Shown: piece by piece, positions 59,301-64,000 of the stretch
Position numbering within the stretch: the stretch's first letter is position 1
How the letters are laid out: each line of letters starts with the position of its first letter
From: Bispira polyomma
Lineage: Eukaryota
Direction of reading: 5' to 3'
NCBI GenBank assembly: GCA_965649765.1
Contig: OZ287749.1
Location: 21,886,001-21,950,000 of the forward strand
DNA length: 64,000 nucleotides
Position numbers and translations under genes: made by a program
The notes under the pieces: model-generated
What the model was told of the DNA's origin: nothing
Databases searched by the model: none
Seen by the model: the letters and a program-made list of their open reading frames with translations, nothing else

Positions 59301-60869
59301 TTTGAGGTTGGTAACACTAACTATGATGACAAGACGAAATCTCACTGACATAAAATTTGTTTTTACACTTATTAAAGAGAATTGCAGTAGTCAAAGCGGC
59401 CACTGACATAAGGCAGTATTCACATAAGGTCTTAATATCAACATTTAGGTCTAAATACTTAAGACTTCCCACTGTTATTGTTAGTGTTAAGAGCAAAGTT
59501 AACATTAGACAAAGATCTTTTTTGGCTATCACTGCAACAAAAATCTCTTTGGCCAAAATCAAAAACTAAATTCTTAAGCTCAGCACTAAGACCTTTTGTG
59601 AATACAACCCCAGGGTATAAGCTGCAACAATGCAACAATGACTCTTTCTATATCTGGAATGTGATGGTAACAGGAGTGACTCACATTTCTAATATGTCTA
59701 ATAAAAAAGCTTATAGTAACACGTTATCGACACTGCCATTAGGTAAAATATAATTTTTCAAGTAGTGCTGTTGAAAAATTATCTGACTCACTTTTATAAA
59801 TTCAGTTTTATCTGAATTTAATTTCAATTTGGAGAAATTTACACAAGTCTGACCTTAGAAGAGACAATCAGCAAGCAAGGAGAGGTTAGTTCTGGCCTTT
59901 TGAGTGTTGACAGACAGATAGGTTTGAGGATCATCAGCATATGTCTCAGCATAATCTCTCAGTTATCAGCTTTTTATATCTTGAAAAGTGGGGAAAAATA
60001 GAACACTTATGTGTGTGTGGCCATCTTCCTTAAATGTAGCTACAATATTGCTGGTTACAGGAATTTAAATTGAATACACATACCACTTGTTTGGACTAGT
60101 AAATACCAGCCTTGTATACATTTAAACTCACTACCACGTCTCTTTTTTAACTACAATTAAACTTTTTAACTACAATTAAACAGCATCCAATTACTTTGTA
60201 CTTTACTCATTGTTAGTTAGTTTGTTGATACAGATGCTTTGATCAACTGCTTTAGTTGCATGTCTGTCTCTCAAATGTATAAACACAGTCCATTACTCCG
60301 GAGCACAGTGTAGAGGGGCTTTATCTGAAGTCACATAACTAGCTATAGCTTTTGAACTGTGTCATCTACATTTACAATATATGCTTTTTGTATAAATAAA
60401 AATATTACCCCACAACACAAAGCATAAGAATATGCTCAAAGTGATTGCATCTTCTACACATGCAGGTAATTTCTAGAATAGGAATTCTGCTATCAAATGG
60501 GACAAAAAGGGTGAGTGGTTTGTGTTAACTATAGAGAGTAAAACGACAACTACATACAGTGTAATATGTCATGCAAAAGAACAATTAGAGTAGCATATCC
60601 ATGTAGTAAGAGAGAGACAAGCATGCTCTATTGGAACTGAATAAAAGAACAATACACTAAATATAAAACGCCAAGTAGGACTACAAATGTTTCTGCTGAA
60701 ACCATGAATATGTAATTTTTTACTGTATCTGGATGATTTGTGTTACAAGTATTTATATGAGTATTCATTTATAAAATTATAATCCTAGATAAACAATAAA
60801 AAATGTTATTTATTTTCTTTCTCAGTACTTCAGGGTTCCTACAAATTTTCACTTTCATACTTTCCTAAA

Positions 60870-61078
60870 GGTTTGAAAGCACTGGTATGTTTCATAATCA
60901 CTGGCTTCTCACCAATTTGGGTTCAAAACCTGTTCGTTCCTTCATGTGGGAAAGTTTACCAGGTACTTGCAGTAGCTCATTGATTTATAGTACTTCAGCA
61001 CGGGTTTGTTCCACTATTGAATGTGACCGTCGTTATATGACCTAAGCTGTTCAAAGCAATGTAAAGCCAAACCCATCT
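60870..61078 (+). mobile_element. SINE (family 1-related) present only in the second duplication unit
   Basis: aatcactgg...gggttcaaaacc...atgtgggaaag...ttatatgacctaagctgtt; absent from the paralogous position ~41160. Confidence 0.65.
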
Positions 61079-62289
61079 AAAATTCCCTAACTTTTCAATA
61101 ACATTTCTCTGAACAATTTATAAATATCCCTGGCTGAATATTCACAATTACAAGAACAATGTTTCTTTTGATGTCTACCTTGCAGCTATTCACGTGGATG
61201 TGTCAGACGAATAAGCATCTCCTCTAAACTGTAGTGACGTCTTTATTAATCTATTGTTTGTATCTCCTAAAAGAAAGAGTTTTCCTAAGTTGTGACCCCC
61301 TCTTAGTTGTGATTAACCTTGTATTGTACTACCAAAATGACTTCGAAATGATTTTTCTCTTTTACACACCCTTTGCCCATCATGTCACATTTTTGTTCGG
61401 CCAAGAAGAACCAATGAAAGATATTAGGGTTGAAAGAGCGGTTTCATGGATGATAGGCAACTAATTTTTTTTGGCAGCATTAAAAACTGTCAGGATAGAT
61501 AATGGGGATGAAAACATTGCACAAAGAGAGGGAGTTTGTGTTTATATAAACAGAGAGAAGACTAAAATATAAACAAAGACTGACTGGGATGTATATATAG
61601 AGTCCCCCAATGTATAGGTTAGGGTCTTTAAAATACAGCTAATGTATGTTACAGGTGGCGAGACCCCAATAAGCACCCAGCAACTGTACTCTACTTTGAA
61701 ATAGTTAACATTTAACAAGGGCAGTAACCTACCTAAATTACACACTAACAGTTATATTTAATGTTAATAAAATCTGATACTATATGCAGGTAAAAACCCT
61801 TGATGTCGCACCTCAAGGGACCATGAGAAATACCTCTACTTTAGCAGAATTTCCACTTAACAGGGTAGATTTGGCAAGACAATATCTCAATGGGACTACA
61901 TATTTTTCTTTACATAAAGGGAAAATTTACTTACCAAAGTTCTACTTTACTGTATATTTATATCCTATCCCTTTTGTGGTTCTTTTTACTGAAATAAATA
62001 AGTGCAGACTCTTTGAAAGAAAATAGAAAAGTATACTTATTACAGATGTAATTTGAAGAGAGAGAGAAATGCGATACTAAACAATCAAAAAGCATCCAAT
62101 TTGATTGTCCAGTATAAACAGGCTTTCAAATTGGATTCCGATTACAGTAGAACCCTTAACCTCTATTAACTGACTTTCAAATATATTCAAGTTTATAAAG
62201 TCATTTCAAATATAGATTTATCTAATGCCCCAGCCTGGGTTCTTCTACTTGTCAGCCAATTTTTAAGTCTCAGCTTCCTCAGGAAGCAT

Positions 62290-62500
62290 ACTAGCCTACT
62301 GCGATGTACAGGGCACAAAGATGAACATCCATTAGCGGCCAGGTACTTATTTATACATCTGGGTAGAGAGGGACAACTTTGTGTAAAGCACCTAGTCCAA
62401 GGGTACAATCTCAAAGCCTGCAGCAAGGACGGAAACAGGGCTCTAAGATCACTCAGATCCAAAGTCTGACACTCTAACCATTAGGCCACAGAGACCACTG
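62290..62500 (-). mobile_element. tRNA-derived CORE-like SINE, paralogue of 53170-53385
   Basis: Same head and core, at the equivalent position in the duplication. Confidence 0.65.
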
Positions 62501-64000
62501 ATTTTGAAGTAATAAGTTGTTTAGATAATTAAAATAAGCTAGTATTGTGATATTGTGGGAAAATAGCATTCATCGCATTATTTGTCCCAGAGAACGAGTT
62601 GTACATGGTTGAGTTATGGGCGAGTGTGGACACACCCGACCAGTGTGATTTGTAGGTCCCATAGATCACTGAAAAATTGTTAGTTAAGGTCGAGAAAGTG
62701 GGACACACTCTTTATAAGATGGCCATTTTAAGTGATCAAACAACAGACAATTTATTTATTCAAAACAAAAAGGATGACCATTTATTATTCACTAAGTTTT
62801 AATTGTCACATACGGGGTAAATAACTGTATTAGAAGTTTGCATGACCTTGGAGTAGACTAAAACACTTCAAACTTGTTTTGCAACCACCCTTATTAATAG
62901 TACCAGCACCCCATGGAATGCAAATCAGAGGCCATGTCCCCAAAGAGAAGAATTTGCCCTGTTACCTCTTCCAACTTAGGTTCACAATGGTATACACAAT
63001 GTTTAATTACAGCCAACACGAAACTTTATCCTGTCTCAAAATGTAAATCATGAGTGCTCGGTTAAAAGAAAATGGACAGGTGTAATGGCTGTGTTTTTTT
63101 ATAGATCTTATTTAAAGTTTATTGTATTTTGTCCAATTTTGCCACCACTTCAAGAATGTTTTACAAACATCCCAGTGAAAAAGAATGGATTGTCACAATA
63201 TATGTGGATCATCATTTAAGTTAACAACCAAATGTGTCTTTCTTACTTGCGTTGGTGTTTACTGCTTAGAGAGATTTAAGGAAATTGTCCGGAAAAAATC
63301 TCTAATGAAAGAGCCAGTATCATTCAGTTATAAACAGAGAAAAAAATCTTTAGTTTAGTTTAGCTTTATAATGGTCTCACCTTATAGTTATTAGTAAAAG
63401 TTCAAATGATATTTTCTCTTCATTTAGGCTATCTTCAAAAAAATTATTAAAAGAAAATAGTAATTCTTTCAATCATAACAAAATGCCAAAATAACAGGTT
63501 GTCATATAATAGCAATACTTTTTACAGTACCCCCAAAAATATGGCAATTTTGAACAAAGATGAAAATGGGGAATGTCCCCTGTATTGTAATTCTTTATTG
63601 TGTTACTTTGTATTCCTTTTTGGCAATTCTCTGGGAGATAATGTGCTAGTTTATCCAGATCCAGCGTGAATTACTCAGCCATCCAAGAGGCTGTAATCTT
63701 ATAAACTCTCACCGTCCTCCCCAGATATTCATTGTGCTACTGTGTGTGGGTGGGTGTCTCTGTGTGAGTCCTTGAAACACTTAAACTCTTCACTTGTGTC
63801 CAGTTAGCCTGTAACATAGGAGAGATGCCTCAATTGATGGAGATTAAGGTTTATATTGTTGTGTAATATAGTGTAAACAATTAGTATGTGTTTAACCTAT
63901 ATATATTTCAATAGTGTAAAATATAATCAGACATAAGCTAGTATATGTGCATAGGGAAAGAATTATTAAAAGTGTTGATGTAAACAACAAACAGGGGGCC

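Larger units (their letters stand above)
54415..64000 (+). repeat. Unit 2 of the tandem segmental duplication, with empty sites for the DIRS and Ngaro insertions
   Basis: See unit 1. An internal ~1.5-kb module recurs at ~31810, 53390, 56825, 62500 and partially at 26417. Confidence 0.85.

Noticed and set aside
61784-62026. 80-aa ORF conserved between duplication units (also ~52800-52980) as a candidate exon
   Set aside because: It starts with ta.caggtaaaaaccc...cacctcaagggacc, resembling a Tc1/pogo-type MITE end, has no protein motif, and the reading frame is not preserved to the same stop in the paralogue.

Overview
AT-rich, repeat-dense animal DNA, probably a lophotrochozoan such as a mollusc (inferred from the GPCR and SINE types). 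There is one host gene, a class A neuropeptide GPCR (FMRFamide-receptor-like) with an uninterrupted coding region at 12990-14210. The right half is a ~9-kb tandem segmental duplication, with four tyrosine-recombinase (YR) retrotransposons in or beside its first copy. (i) A decayed Ngaro-type RT/RH/YR fragment at ~24.2-26.4 kb. (ii) A full-length but decayed DIRS1-type element at 34807-40332 (minus strand; ITRs, ICR, methyltransferase domain). (iii) A young Ngaro-type element with split direct repeats A1...B1-A2-B2 at 41871-52172. (iv) A second Ngaro-clade element at 41973-46161 (minus strand), inserted head-to-head inside repeat A1 of (iii) at a CAG core. Element (iv) is the best novelty candidate: it has neither split direct repeats nor long ITRs, but a 5' fold-back, a 15-nt segment complementary to the extreme 3' end, and a GC-rich 3' hairpin, and its insertion site resembles its own predicted circle junction. 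The YR ORFs of (iii) and (iv) lack an ATG start and begin at phase-1 splice acceptors; in (iii) a phase-matched gag donor predicts a spliced Gag-YR fusion. The rest is tRNA-derived SINEs, MITEs, LINE remnants and tandem repeats. All alignments and folds were done by eye.
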